Positions 1 to 12,990 of a stretch of 64,000 nt of DNA are shown here, in pieces. Source of the stretch: Eutreptiella sp. 'Long Island Sound 2002' (taxonomy: Eukaryota > Protista > Euglenida). A program made the translations under genes and the position numbers. The stretch is from NCBI GenBank assembly GCA_964036045.1, contig OZ038378.1, positions 175,646,001 through 175,710,000 on the forward strand. The letters run 5' to 3'. Position 1 is the stretch's first letter, and each line of letters starts with the position of its first letter. The notes beneath the pieces are model-generated. The model saw nothing but the letters and a program-made list of their open reading frames with translations. It ran no database searches and was not told the origin of the DNA.

Positions 1-278
1 ACAGGACAAAGATATCATATCAATCGAAAAAGTGAAGCAAGGAGGGCAACCAAGAAACGGGATGCACCATGCAGTACAAGTGTGTTCAAGTCAGAAGGGG
101 GGGCGAGGGCAAAAAGGATTATTTCAATTTTTTGCAGGTCTCATTTTTGTGAAGGGCACGCAGCTGAAAATTAATAGTTTTGCCTTTTTTTTCCGGTAAA
201 ACGACAGCCTATGCCGATGAATTAATGGTTTTTTTTGCAAATAATTCATATTGGCACAGTATGTACAACGTCGACGTT

Positions 279-402
279 TGAGTGAGTGAGTCAGTGCATG
301 AGTGACTGACTCAGTGAGTGACTGAATGACTGAATGACTGAATGAGTGACTGACTGACCGACTGACTAACGGACTAAATGACTGAGTGAGTGAGTGAGTG
401 AG
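279..402. repeat. GAGT/GACT/GAAT tetranucleotide microsatellite
   Basis: Tandem (gagt)n(gact)n(gaat)n units read directly; a similar gtca/gaca tract lies at about 42810-42870. Confidence 0.9.
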
Positions 403-2681
403 AGAATGGGGTCCGAAAATCACCTTCATGATGCGGCTTGTAAGCCAAGTCTCAATGATATCTTCGCTCCTTGTATGTGCACGTGCTGCTTCTATGTCAA
501 TGTTTGCTCACAAGGAAATTTCGGCAATGTACATTAATGGGGCCGCAGGCATCACCTTATGCCGGAATCTGTCATTTCCGCATAAAGTCTGTGTAATCGT
601 AATTTCAAAGAAAGCTGGTCCGCGTTTGTGGCTCAACAAACAGGCAGTATCATCATAAGGATCAAAGGCGGCGTCAAAGGAGAGGAACGATCCAAGAATC
701 ATTGAGAAAGCAATTTTCAACGCAATAGGGGATTGAAATGAGGGAATCTTTCCAATGAAGACAGGGAATATAGTCCGCCACACAATCATACAGGTGTGTC
801 TGCCACAGCCAAAGGCCATGCCACACAATGACATCAGACAAAGACTCAGATTTGTGGACACCACCTACCTCCCCCTCACCCTGGACCCTAACCCAATATA
901 GAAAGGACTCCAAATGCTGTAACAGCATGCATGCAAAGACATCGCACTACTGGATTCCACTAGATGCTTGCACAACATTCCACCAGATGCTTGAACGGCA
1001 TTCCACCAGATGCTTGGAGTCTTTTCACGTTGATCATGATCGCAACAGAGGAATGAACAAGTTGGGGGTTGCTTCAATTGTTTCAATTTTGGTTGACCGC
1101 AGGCTCAGCACAAGGTGCTGGCCTTGCAGCAGGCGTAGCAGTTCGTTGACTTCCATTCTCAATGCCTTCAAACCATCAAGACCATCGCGAATGACATCAA
1201 CCCCAAAATTCCAGTCATCACAAAATGAATCAACCTCATCACCACTGGACAAATGCTTTTCATCAATGGAATCATGCAAAATAACACTAAATTGTTCAGG
1301 TTCCATCCACGCCAACTGGACACAAAGCACAACAATGAAGGGGGCGGCATTTGGGGAAGTTACCGCGCAACACACGCACAGCACATGCACAACGCTTTGT
1401 GACCATGGTGGCTAGAGCTCACAGCCCATTGGAGAGGGTATAGGAAACTCTATCCCCACTAAATGCACGTGATAAGAGGGTCCAACAATGGAGAGACAAA
1501 GAGCACAAAGCAAAAGGGCCCCCGAAACACCGCAAAAACACTTCCATGCCATGCAACAACACACACCTATTGCAAAAAGAGGGAGCTCGATGCACCAAAG
1601 TGCACCTCCAGTGGCCTATGCTCCATTCCTCTGCATTCAATTCTGGCGGGGGGGGTCCGAAGCAGCCGAATGCGCACCGCATGGTGCACCCCCATTGACT
1701 TTGTGATCCAAATACATCAGACCCGGACATTTGGTGTAAAATGGTGGATATTTGGTGTACAATGGGGCGGGGGATTAAGATGAACACGACATGCTTGACA
1801 CAGCTATGCTTGGCAGTCACAGTCAGGGCGAATGTGTTGGTGACACAGCCACACAACTTTGAATTCATAGTTTGAGAAAGCTCTGCATATGTATCCCATG
1901 GAAGCACCGTGCTCCAATTCAGTGCAGCCGGACCGTCTTTCAGGATTTGTTGGTTTCTGTGGGGATTCTTTTACAATTTGTACAGCCACATCGGTGGGCC
2001 CGGAGCTGTGGGCACCATCACCAGAATTATAGTGGCACATGCGCAGGTATGGACAACACACAGGGGGTATGGGGACACAACACGACACCAGCCACAGCGG
2101 TAGCAGCGATGGTGACCCTTTGAGCCAGTAATGGCGACAATATGCAGCGTAATGCAGTGTCTTTCCAGCACAAGCAGCAGGGGTCCTGAATGCGTCGGCA
2201 ATTCGTGGCAGTCTGGGTCAGGTATGAACGCGGAACGTCGCATACAGCCACACTCGAGGTGTGCTCTGCAGACGGCTCAGAGACAGGGGATGGCGGGCTG
2301 ATGGCCTGTCAATACCGCCTTCCACCCCCCGCCCCCCGAGATGTCACCAGCAGACGCATTTGTGTCTGTTGGTGCGCCTGGCCACCAGCTCCTGATGCGC
2401 CGACGAACGGTGCGGCGGGTAGCCGTCCGTGCCAGACACACGCAGGCGTACAGCTCACATCCGCACACAAACACGCACGCGCGCGCGCAACGCGGACAAA
2501 CAGGACAACAAACCGGTTGTCTGAGTGCGGGTAGACTCGTCGGGCCGCAAACAACAACAGTTGCGCGACCAGGCGCCTTTCTGTGACGGGCGAAGCAAGG
2601 CGATGGTGCGCAAACTTCGGAGTGGCCTTCCCCAGGACTCCTTTAAAAAAGGGGGGGGGGGGGAATCCGCCCCCGCCCCCC

Positions 2682-2881
2682 AGTGGTGCTGAGTTTGTAG
2701 AGGCATCAAAGAACTAAACTGACTGGCGCCAAAGGTGCCAGGGAAAATTTTTGATTGCCCGAGGGCCCAGAGAAAAATTTAGCCCAACCACTTAAGGAGC
2801 CTGGGGAGGGGGGGTCCAGGAGTGGGTGGGTGGGTGGTGTGGGACCCCGCCCCGTCCCCCACTCTCGAGTGGTGCTGAGTT
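2682..2881. repeat. ~190-bp repeat segment bracketed by a 14-bp direct repeat
   Basis: agtggtgctgagtt at 2682-2695 and 2868-2881. The interior motif ggcgccaaaggtgcc resembles the ggcgcctttggcgcc / ggcgccttcggcg motifs at about 42260 and 50405. Confidence 0.5.
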
Positions 2882-3993
2882 GTAAAAAGGAGCCCTGGCC
2901 CTCCCTTCCAGTTTGGCAGTACGTGGATATGTGCAGACACACACACACACACACACGACGCCGAATCATTCGATAGGCTCGGGCATGCGACCTTGAGGCC
3001 CAAGGCAAAAAGGCGCATGTCGGCGGAAACAGGCGTGTCCAGCCCGCCGGAGAAGGTCGGTGGATGGCGTCAACGACATCGGCCCAGGCACCATTCTGGA
3101 CACGCAATTCCGTGTGTACTGACGCTGAAGAGCCCGTCCTCTTCGCGTCGCGTCGATTGCACAAACAACAGGGCCACACGCAGCAGCGCGAGGACCTTCG
3201 CGGAGGAAGGAAGGTCAGCGTCACACGCCCCTGACGCCCCGGCCAGGCCGAGAGCGCGTGCAGCGAATCACGCAGAGTTGTCGTTTGTCTCATGTGCCAC
3301 GGGTCGCTCGGACCCGCAAAGAGTTGCGGTACGGAGATCCGTGAGACTCCTGCTGCAGAACACATGGAAGCGAGAGACTATGGTACAACGGGTGTGCAGC
3401 GTACATTGTACGCTGCCCCGCGGGGCTGGAACACGGTGAGCGATGTGGTCACACCCCGACCCTCTGCCGTCCTCACTTCTTTCTGTTTGTATCGTCTCAT
3501 TGTCATGGCGGTCACGTTCAGCGAAGGTCCAAAATCTGGGGACATCAGAGAGTCTGTCTCCGAATGGCCTGACAGTGCCCTGAGACCCTCAAGCCTTCCC
3601 AGCCGCTTCATGGCCCTGCGGGACACAGCCCGGCAGTCTGTTTGACGTGAATCGAAGTGTGGGAGACAAGAACAGGCCAGTCGGTGCCCCGTGTGCGATG
3701 CCGAGGGGCACCATGGCAATGACTGGCCTCAAGAAGCCGAGGAGAAACCGCTGTTGGATGCCGTCGGGTGACCATCAACATGTGCCATCTGCCGTCGATT
3801 CATTACACACCCGGCATCTGACACCTCAGCCCGTCCTTAGTGAACCAAGGAACCCCGTCGAGTCCCTCAAAGCAGCCCTGATCATGGGGGACCGCCGCCT
3901 GTTGGACAGACCCGACAGGACAGGGTTGTGGTGGCCGGAGGCGGACGGGGGGGGGGGGGGGGGAGTCCAGCCGGCGGCCGGGGGGGGGGGGGT

Positions 3994-4062
3994 ACCCCAA
4001 TATGTATACTTCAAAATGATCGCCACGTCGCGCTGATCATTTTGAGGTATGCATGTTGGGGT
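3994..4062. repeat. MITE-like palindromic hairpin (family B)
   Basis: accccaa..tacttcaaaatgatc-13 nt-gatcattttgaggta..ttggggt. Related copies at 41989-42057 (full) and 6135-6183 (one arm only). Confidence 0.8.
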
Positions 4063-4847
4063 CAAGATTGTTTTGTTCAAAAGATTTACCCCTCCGAGGG
4101 TGGGTGCCAGCAGCGAGGGTGGGTAGGGGGGGGGGGGGTCAAGATTTTTTTTTAATGTTTTGCCATCATTTTTGAATTCTCCATTCAATACTGAGCATTT
4201 TGAGTATACATTCATGTAGACTCAGCATTCGACAAAATTCTGGCCAACAATGGCTGTCAGGGTCGGGTATCTGATGAGGCGGCACTCCCATGGCCCTGAT
4301 TTCCTTCGAGCGATCGCGCAGACGCCACACACCCCCCGGCGGTGCACGGCTGCAGTGCCTGCCACAACATGCGTTCCCCAACGCTTCGGTGTCCACTCTT
4401 CAGTGCGGGGCGTGGCCAGTGCTACGACTATCACCGGATTTGACTTCAGAAAAAGTGGTGCATTTTTTTGCAAATTTTGCGAAGGCACAGCCACTTCGGT
4501 GGGAGTTGGCGGGAGAGGGAGGGTGCAAATGGCGGGAGACCGCAGGGCAGTGAATGGACAGTTGCTGGGGACCGCGCAGCACCTTCGGCTCGTCGCAAAT
4601 CACACATTTCCAGCGGCACGCCGTCGAAAGCCCCCGCAGGATGCGGCTCCGGACCGCAACGGCTGAAGGTCGCCGTCCAGCCCCAGGCCCAGTCCGCGGC
4701 GATACCTGACGCCGACCTCGCAGGCCACGCCCTCATGCCATCGTGGCATTGCGGGCCGGGCCTCCCTGTCTGCGGCGCCACGGGGCGTGTCGCGTGGCTG
4801 CGTTCTCCCGGCCATCAGCCCCCCTCGCGTGCTCCTCGCCCGGTTCG

Positions 4848-5420
4848 TCACGGAAGCGGACGTTGGGGGGCGCTCACTGGAGCCGCCACGTCTTGGGGGT
4901 CCTCGACCATCACATCGTCCAACACCAACGGCCCCACGGCGCTGTCGTCCTCGTCGTGCGAGGCCCGGCTGACCACCACCGTGGCCGTCATCATGATGAT
5001 GCACCCGCCGATCGTGAGCCGGTCCGGGAACGCCTCCACGCCCATGAGCACCCCAAGCCCCACGGCCACCGCCGGCTCGAGCGCGAGGAAAGAAGCGACC
5101 ACCACCGGGGCGACGTACTTGGTGACGCAGATGCCCCCGAGCCAACCGAAGAGCATCAACGCTCCCCCGCAGATCACTGTGACCGCCCATTCTCGGTGCA
5201 CAAACCCAAAGAGCCCGTCCCAGACGGCCGTACTCAGTCGGGCGTACAGAACCACGCGTGCCATTGTGAGTGTGATGCACGACGCCAGCGCCATTTCGAT
5301 CGTGACGAACAGCAGCAGAGGGATGCGGTTGCGGAGGCGCTTGACCGCCGTGAGGTGCATGCAGACGGCGATGGAGCCCAGGAGCGCCGCGACGTCGCCA
5401 AACACCATGTTCCCCCAGCC
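4848..5420 (-). CDS. EamA/DMT-family transporter, last exon (second EamA repeat)
   Basis: ccccag|GGC acceptor in phase 0; GDVAALLGS...VVASFLALEPAVAVGLG..GEAF-like...GGCIIMM pattern of a C-terminal EamA repeat; TGA at 4850-4848. Confidence 0.85.
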   Translation of the reverse strand, partial: GWGNMVFGDVAALLGSIAVCMHLTAVKRLRNRIPLLLFVTIEMALASCITLTMARVVLYARLSTAVWDGLFGFVHREWAVTVICGGALMLFGWLGGICVTKYVAPVVVASFLALEPAVAVGLGVLMGVEAFPDRLTIGGCIIMMTATVVVSRASHDEDDSAVGPLVLDDVMVEDPQDVAAPVSAPQRPLP

Positions 5421-6833
5421 CTGGGGACCAAATGGGGTGCGGCAACAAGGCCATCCCACGGCGTTGGGGGGCAAGCAAGGCGGCAGGGCCCAGCGTCGCA
5501 ACCGCATCGCAACCGCTTGCTTGGTTCAGTGGCTCGCAGTGCAATTACAGTGCCTCGGTCGCAAGAGACTGTGTCGACTTTTCGTTGTTACTCCTGTTTC
5601 CAATGTCGGATGTGGGCAGTCCGGGGGCAATGTCTACGCCCCTCCGTTCCTTCTGCACTTCTCACACGCACCTGTCAAACAGTTATTATTAATTGTTGTT
5701 GTTGTTGTTATTGGTCAACCCGCTTTCCTCCCCTTCACTCCAGGAGACCCCTCGACTGCCGCACAGCCGTCGCATGCCTCTTCCTCGGACGCGATTCCCT
5801 CCGGCGGTGACATCTTCCGAAGGGCGAGCGTTTCGCTGTGAGATGGGACCGCTCCACCGAATCCTCCTTTTGTCAGGGGGACTTTGGTGACGCGAGCCCT
5901 GCGGTCCGGCAGCAGAAGGTGCGCATGCCATGAGCAACACAATCGAAGTCCTGTTTCAGTCGCTTTGGCCTGACTCCATCAGTTCCACAGGCCTTTTCTC
6001 TTTGGGAGGGATGGCGTGTGGGCAGGGCTGGGGGGGAAATTGGCTTGTGCGAAAGGGGGGGGGGGGGGGTCGCTCCCGTGACGGGGACCCCCGACGGGCT
6101 GACGGGGGAGGCTGGGGGGGGGGGGTCCAGAGATACCCCAATATACGATGCGCTGATCATTTTGAGGCACGTATCATGGGGGACCTTTTTTTTTGGAAAA
6201 AAATATTTCAGGCCGCGTCGCGGCGCAATGGGTGAGTCATCATCAGAGTTTTCAGACCAGCCTCTTGGGACTGGCCTGTCACGAGAGCCCCTTTCCCAGA
6301 CCTCCCCCCCCCCCCCGCCCCGCGCAAACCAAAGGAACACGCAGAGTGTGCCTCGCGTTCGTGGCAGTACAGCCCCCGGGACTTGGCAGTCGGCGCGTGG
6401 CACTGCCCCCTACCGTCGTCCACGTGCCTTTGGGTGCACTGTGCTCGAGGGGCCCTGTCCCTGTCAGGGCCGGGCCCGTGCATCACGCCCTCAGTCCCAC
6501 GTGGGGGAGTAAGAACCGCGGGACCATTCCCGCTCCTGCGGGTGTTGTGTGCAAGTGCTCAGGCAGAATTCTTCAAAACAGGGGAGACATGCACAAACGG
6601 CGTGGGTGGAGCCTCCGGGAGACTCACCGTTGTTGAAGGGCGAATCGTTGCACCGCGTGCTACTGTTCGGACGCACTCGCAAAGAGGCCCCCAAACTGCC
6701 CCCCCCCCCCCCCAAAACGGCCGCCCGCCAGGACTTCAAACGACCCAAATGTGCAAGTCGTTCCCCACAAGGCCACGGCTTACTGTTCCCGTTGGGGGGG
6801 GGGGGGGGATGGCCGCCTGGGCTCCTCCGCCTG

Positions 6834-6907
6834 ACCCACCCACCCACCCACCCACCCACCCACCCACCCACCCACCCACCCACCCACCCACCCACCCACC
6901 CACCCAC
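6834..6907. repeat. (CACC)n microsatellite
   Basis: Perfect tandem cacc run. Confidence 0.95.
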
Positions 6908-7447
6908 ATCAGAAAAGTTTTCCTTGGGAAAAAAATTAAATGTATCGAAGGGGCCCGAAATTGGTGGCCGACTTTAGGTACACAAACTTTTTTTTTTGTC
7001 GGAGGAGGTCACGGTCTCCACTGAGCCGTGGCCTGTTCCCCACCTTCCCTTTGGCCTGCAAAAGAGACCACAAAAGACACATCGCGTGCACTTCTTGTGC
7101 TGCATCGTACATCGGGTGCTCGGTCCGCCCCAACTGCCGAACGGCTGCAATGCGCCCTAACAAAGCCGCCCATCACGAGACCCGGGGGTGGTTTGGTTTC
7201 TGGTTTCCCGGGCGCCCCGGCGCGTGCCGTCGGGAAAGTTGCCGACACGCTCTCCCTGAGAAGGGCGCAAGGGAGGAGCGCACGCGAGACCGGGGGGTTA
7301 GGGAGGGTCATCGATCAGGAGGCACTCTCCACCGCCGTCCTCCACATCCACATCACAAATGGAGTCAAGGCCTGCGGTCATGCCCAGCACCGCACGACCG
7401 TAACACTGTCGAGTCAAGTCGGGGACGCGGAGGGGGCGGGAGGACAC

Positions 7448-7847
7448 CGGTTGTGCATCGGCGGTGCTGAAGCGCGAGCGCGTCCCATGCGCCCCATTCA
7501 CCACCACCGTCATCCCCGCGGCGCCGAGCAGCGTCCCGACCCCCTCCCCGCGGGAGACGGGCCGCGCCATGAGCAGGCGCCATCCGATGATGAGCAGCGG
7601 CTGCAAGTTGGTGAACATCACCGCCTGGGCGATGGTGGTGTACGCGATGGCGGCGTTGTACCCGCAGCCGCCGCACGACAGGTAGGCCCCGCACTTCACG
7701 ATGTCCGCCCACATCCGCGGGTCCCGCAGGAAAGGCCTCTGCTGGGGCTCAACACCGATGAGAGTGAGCCAGCAGAGGGTCACGGGGATCAGCGCCAGAG
7801 AGATGAGGGACGTCCGCCACCCCGCGACGAGGACCGCTGCCAGCAGC
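7448..7847 (-). CDS. EamA/DMT transporter internal exon (first EamA repeat)
   Basis: tacag|G acceptor in phase 2. AGWRTS..LALIP, YTTIAQAVMFTNLQPLLI and EGVGTLLGAAG are typical first-repeat motifs. The 3' donor is uncertain (7448 or 7502, both phase 0). Confidence 0.8.
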
Positions 7848-8073
7848 CTGTACATGCGCCAGTGACCGGAGCTTCCCAACCGCAGCAGCGGTACACAGCC
7901 CGAGGGAAAGGGGGTGGAGGGAGCAGCAGGTAGGGATCTAGTTGGGGGGGGGGGGGGGCTCCCCCCCCCCGATGACGAAATGACGGTCACTTATACCCTT
8001 CCCTGCAACCACCTCTACAAAGCAACCAGCTCCATGGATGTGTGTGTGTCATTTCAAAGAAGCATAGCGTTCA

Positions 8074-8085
8074 TGTGTGTGTGTG

Positions 8086-8133
<48 letters not shown>

Positions 8134-8176
8134 TGGGTGGGTGGGTGGGTGGGTGTGTGTGTGTGTGTGTGTGTGT
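8074..8176. repeat. Compound (GT)n(GTGC)n(GTGG)n(GT)n microsatellite in an intron
   Basis: Read directly. Confidence 0.95.
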
Positions 8177-8660
8177 TCAGGGCCGTGCTGCGGGACATAG
8201 CCTCAGGACCGGAAACGCAGGCACACGGTGGTGTGGCGCACGAGCGCAACAGGGGTCACGGACGCACACAACCGCACACGCCTCGATGCACAGGGCGCAC
8301 CGCGCGGGCGGCAATGCCACTGACAAGCCCCTCTCCTCCTTCCCCGCCCCCACCGGGTGTTGCGGTGGCTGAGGCTCTGGTGCTCTGGCCGCAGGACTCT
8401 ACCGGATTAGGCGTACAAACTGGTCGGGGGTCATCCTCATCCCTGTGCATGTGTGCGGAAACTTGACGGGGAGGTGGGGTATTGAGGGGGGAAACGGGGG
8501 AATACGCAGGGCAAATGGAAAACAGGGGCCGCAAAGATGCCGAGGGAGGGGTAGTGGAGGGGGCGGGGGGGAGGGGGGCACGTACCCTGCTCAACCAACA
8601 CCGCGCGTGTGCAGCCCCTCTGGCAAGCCCATGGGCCCATCCCGCACGGCCTGCACATAC

Positions 8661-8975
8661 TTATGGTCCGCTGGCACCGCCACCAAGTGTCCCACAGGGG
8701 CCATCAGGGCGAAGGCCGTGACCGTCAGACACAGAATCACCCCCGCAATGAAGGGCCGTGCATAATGCACCAGCGCATGATGCACCGTCGGCGTGTCTCC
8801 GCATTCCGCACTCTGGGACACAATGGACAAGGTCTTGACACGGGACGGGGGCACGGACGTCGTGCGCAAGGGGGCCGGTGCCTCCAGCGCAGGGGGCGGA
8901 TGCAGAAAGTTGCATGAATCGCTGTTGTCGATGAGGTACGCTTGCACCCCCATCTCGTGGCTGCAGGTGGCCGCA
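8661..8975 (-). CDS. EamA/DMT transporter exon (N-terminal region and TM1)
   Basis: Hydrophobic PFIAGVILCLTVTAFALMAPV. The AA|gtatgt donor (phase 2) joins the 7847 acceptor in frame to give ADHK-LLAAVLVAGWR. accag|T acceptor is phase 2. Confidence 0.65.
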   Translation of the reverse strand, partial: CGHLQPRDGGASVPHRQQRFMQLSASAPCAGGTGPLAHDVRAPVPCQDLVHCVPECGMRRHADGASCAGALCTALHCGGDSVSDGHGLRPDGPCGTLGGGASGP

Positions 8976-9479
8976 CTGGTTGGCACATGGCGCGTCAGGA
9001 AGTCTGAGACCGTCTCCGTGCACAGGGCAGCATCTTCCTGTGGGAAGCAGAGGGCGATGGGACTTTCAAGAACGAGCGCAGAGAACAGGCAATCGGTGAG
9101 CGAATATTGAAGGAAAAAAGGTACTGAGACGTCAGTGGCCAAGTGACGATTCACTGATGACAAGGGATCCAACAAAGACGAGCATGGGCAGGCGGTCTCG
9201 GACCACAGGTGGGGGATGACCCTGAGGCATGGTGTGACAGAGGGGCAGGAGGGAATTGTGGGGCATAAAGACAGTGGCGGTGTGACACTGGGTGAAAGTA
9301 GCATGGGAAGGGACGGGATTGCGTCCAGCACCAGTATTGACATTACTGGCAGCACTCTTGATCCCCTGCCGCACTCACCTCGACCGAGGAGATGACCAGT
9401 CAGGGCGTCGCATGCACCCCCGCACTGGACTCGGGGCTGCACACCACCACTGATCCTATCTCAGACAAATGCAGTGAAG

Positions 9480-10640
9480 CTGTTCCACCTCCCTCCCACC
9501 CATCCACCACACACATACACACATACATACGCCCCAAAAGAAAATCTGAGCAGTTTGACCCAAATACAGCCCTTTTTTGCCAAAATCAGCCCTAGAACCC
9601 CCCCAAAACCGCGAAATGAAGGAAACAGATGACATACGCCGCAGCCAGCTTGCTTTTCCCTTGTCAAAGAGCCCATCGGTGGCCTCTAAGTCCACAAGAA
9701 GCCCAAGAAACACCCCAAATATGGCCCACAATGGCCCAAAATCTGCGCAGTCTGGCTGCAAACAGCCCCAAACCCAGAAAGGGTCCCGGGGGGTGTAAGC
9801 CACAAAAAGTGCGTGATGCGACTGGATGAGGTGCTCTCGGGATAGGATTTCAACCCACGTAGCCCAAGATATCCTGCACCCCAGTACCAGTGCCCACTTG
9901 GCTCTGGCAAGCAGCGAGCTTGAGAGCCAACTGGTTGGGGTCAAAATGGGTCATCCTGGTCCACCAGGGGCAAAAAAAATGACTCTTGTCCACAAATGAT
10001 TCTGGACCACTTGGGATGCCAAAACAGGTGGTTTGATCCCGTTTTGAGCCAATTTGGGCTTGCTATGACCCTCCAAAGGTGCGAAAGAGCGTTGAAAATG
10101 GGCCAATTTGGGTCAAAAAACACGTAGTTCCAAAAATGATTATGGACCACTTGGAATGCTCCAAGAAGACAATTGAGCCCGTTTAGACCCTTTTTGACCC
10201 ATCTTAGCCTACCAAAAGTCCCAAAAAAGCCTTGAGCATGGGCCACTTCAGGACCAAAATGGTCCACAAATTGGTCAAAAACGCGTTTTTGCAAGAATCT
10301 TTCTTGACCACTTGGGATGCTCAACCAAGTGAAATGAATGCATTTTCAGCCCGTTTTGACCTATTTCGGCCCACCAAACCCACGTCGTGTCTCCTCAAAC
10401 GTCCTGCAAGGGCGTTTCTGGCTTGTACAGTTGCGACGTGCCCTGAAGCCACGCTCGGGAGCCATCTAGACTAGGGGAGAGGGACACCCCTCTCCCAAAC
10501 TCGAGATGGCTCCCCAGCGCGGCTCTAGGGTAGCCCACAAGCCTACACGCCGGGAATGGCCTCAAAGGATAGGGCTTGGCTTCGATGGGCTAAAATGGGT
10601 CGAAATGAGCCCAAAATGGCTCATATGATTTGCTTGAGCA
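9480..10640. repeat. Large modular dispersed repeat (family A) inside a transporter intron
   Basis: Shares aaaatgatcctggacca, gggtcaaaaa and ttttgacccattttt modules with 21.7-24.7 kb, 27.4-27.8 kb and 60.5-64 kb. Confidence 0.8.
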
Positions 10641-11034
10641 TCCCGCGCGGTCCAAGATCATGCCAGCCAAGGCACTCACCCACTAGACAGAGCGCCCGAC
10701 CCACGACACTCCCTCAGCCCACCAAGTCCCCAGCTACAGTACATTCCTCTGCCAATCCCCCAAGGGAAGCTGTTCCGGCCCCTTACACCCCCTCTAGGCT
10801 CATCATAGGCCCTCGGAAGTCTATGCCCCCATCCATCCCTTTGAGACACATGGGACGGCCAGTGGGGAACGGACTTGGCTCATCTCTAGTCCTTTGGCGC
10901 ACTCTTCGAACGGGTGACGGGGTTGGGGCAATTCAGGAGCACTGCACACGTGAACTTGAAGGCGCTGCTCATGCAATCCTGAGACCAAGGTATTCGTGCC
11001 GAGAAGAAAGGGTGTAGAGGAGGCCGGCAAGGAC

Positions 11035-11252
11035 TTGGAGGCGGACATGTTGGGCACGGAGAGCACGAAGTCCCGCTTGTGCGCATATGTTATCGACGCC
11101 ATCCGCGGGCCCATGGTGCTGGCGTCCCCCTTGGTGAGTGTAACAGCGCGCCGAGTCGAAGCTGCAGCTGCAGCACTGAGTAGAGGAGTGGTCTCCGATG
11201 GGGCTTCGTCATTCTTGGACACTACAATGCTCTTGGTACTGGCGGCAACCTC
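11035..11252 (-). CDS. Probable upstream exon of the EamA transporter (cytosolic N-tail)
   Basis: Ser/Ala-rich frame containing SETTPLL. AA|gtcctt donor in phase 2 is compatible with the 8975 acceptor. The 5' boundary is approximate. Confidence 0.45.
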
Positions 11253-11768
11253 CAGTGGACAGGACAGGCATGTGAGCGTCATGGGCACTGGAGCCCACAG
11301 CAGGCAACTTTGCATTGCATGCAAATTCTAGTGCCTTCAGCAAGGCACCTCAAAGAGGTGCACCCCTTGCATCCCAAAACACCTTTCTACCCTGTTGGGA
11401 ATGGTCTGATGCACAGCCAGCCCTGGTTTTTTTTTGGGCGCAAAAACAGCTTCCGCATAATACCACGCATGTAATATGTGGTGACACCACACATGCAATC
11501 AACGCCAAATGTCACCACATGTGCAATCAATGCCATATGTATTTGCAAGGCAACACTACAAGCGACAAAATTCCGAGCAAGCCAAATAGGAAGCAAAACC
11601 CCCTTGGACATATGCAAGCAACGCCGAAAGATGCTTGACGAGCGAACCCCTTGTGGTGCGCATTTGGGCATTGGAAAGCGTGATATATGTTTTGACATAC
11701 CCTTTTGTGTGTTGTACTACAGGGGTGAGCATACACTAGACAAAGAGGCAAACTGCAATTGACCTCTC

Positions 11769-11771
<3 letters not shown>

Positions 11772-11815
<44 letters not shown>
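11772..11815. repeat. (GA)n microsatellite
   Basis: Read directly. Confidence 0.95.
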
Positions 11816-11816
<1 letters not shown>

Positions 11817-12754
11817 AATGGTCGGTTCTGATCGACTGAGAGCACCCACCATAGACACTTGCAGGCATTAGTTCAATAGGTTCTGTGAGACTTTCCGATA
11901 CGCTTTCCACTATGTACAGTGGTTGACTGCTCGTATGCACCACACATTGAACCCGTAGGGCCATTCGAGGCCTCACTGCTTGTCTCGACACTCCTTTGGT
12001 CTTCGAGACATGCAGTTGGAATCGTTTTGGCCATGGGAATGGTGATTGCAGAGCAGTGTAGACCTGTACCCTAGATTGAATCGCAAATGCTAGTTCCGCT
12101 GTGTGTCATTAACATCGGTGCTGAAACCATCAGAACTGGCCATCCAGAAAATGGTGGAAGCCGTGTCGACACTTCCCACATCATGGTCAGAGGAGCTAGT
12201 AGCGGAGTTAAAAAATTTTCAGTAGACTCCCGGGTCAACCAATGGTGCATTCCCCACACCCCATAAAACCCCCCCCCACCCTCCCGGCAGTCCATGGGCA
12301 AACCCCACGGAAAAAAAACCCTGGCCGCCGGTATATAATAAGTATGTATACACACATTCTTTCTAATCCAAACACCAAACCAGTCATTGAAACGGTGGGA
12401 AAACGCCACTTCGGGTCACAAGGCCCAAGCGACCAATCTTCAAAACACTGAATTCTGGTGTTTTGAGTTTTTGAGATCGGTTGAGCTGCTGAGTGACACC
12501 GTCCTTCCTGTGAAGTTACACCATTTCTGCGGAATTTACGCCACTTTTCTTGGGAATTTACGCCGTTTTAGGGGAAAATTTACACCTATTTACACTACCT
12601 GGGGTCGGGGGGCCCAAAAGCCTGTAAACCCCCGTAAATAATCGGCTTGAGCAGGTTGCTACCTCTTTGCTTCGGCTTCACTCATATGCGCACTCATACC
12701 TCCCCACGTTGTCCTTACATGTGCAGTTGTGTGCAGTCTATACCCGGCAGGTAC

Positions 12755-12990
12755 AGACTATCGGGGGGGCCATCCTCCACCATCTGGCGACGGCCCATCA
12801 ACGGTACATCAATTGGGCGACCATGGTGGTGTACTCTATGCGAGCCCACAACCAGTGGCTGCACATGGCGTGTCAAGGGGTGGAACAGGTGTACTTTGCG
12901 TCTTTCCAAAAGGTCTCTCGGGGACTATGGGGGGTATACGAGGCCAAGCTGCGCGAATTCTGCTATCACCACTATGACAGGGCGCGAAGG
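12755..12990 (+). CDS. Possible exon of an unidentified gene
   Basis: Protein-like helical stretch (GAILHHLATAHQRYINW...VYEAKLREFCYHHYDRARRE) following cag acceptors; no family recognised. Confidence 0.3.

Noticed and set aside
398-1415. ORFs near the window start as a gene or transposase
   Set aside because: No recognisable motif or consistent splice pattern; left unassigned.
4468-5841. 457-aa plus-strand ORF
   Set aside because: Antisense shadow of the GC-rich EamA exon; no recognisable motif.
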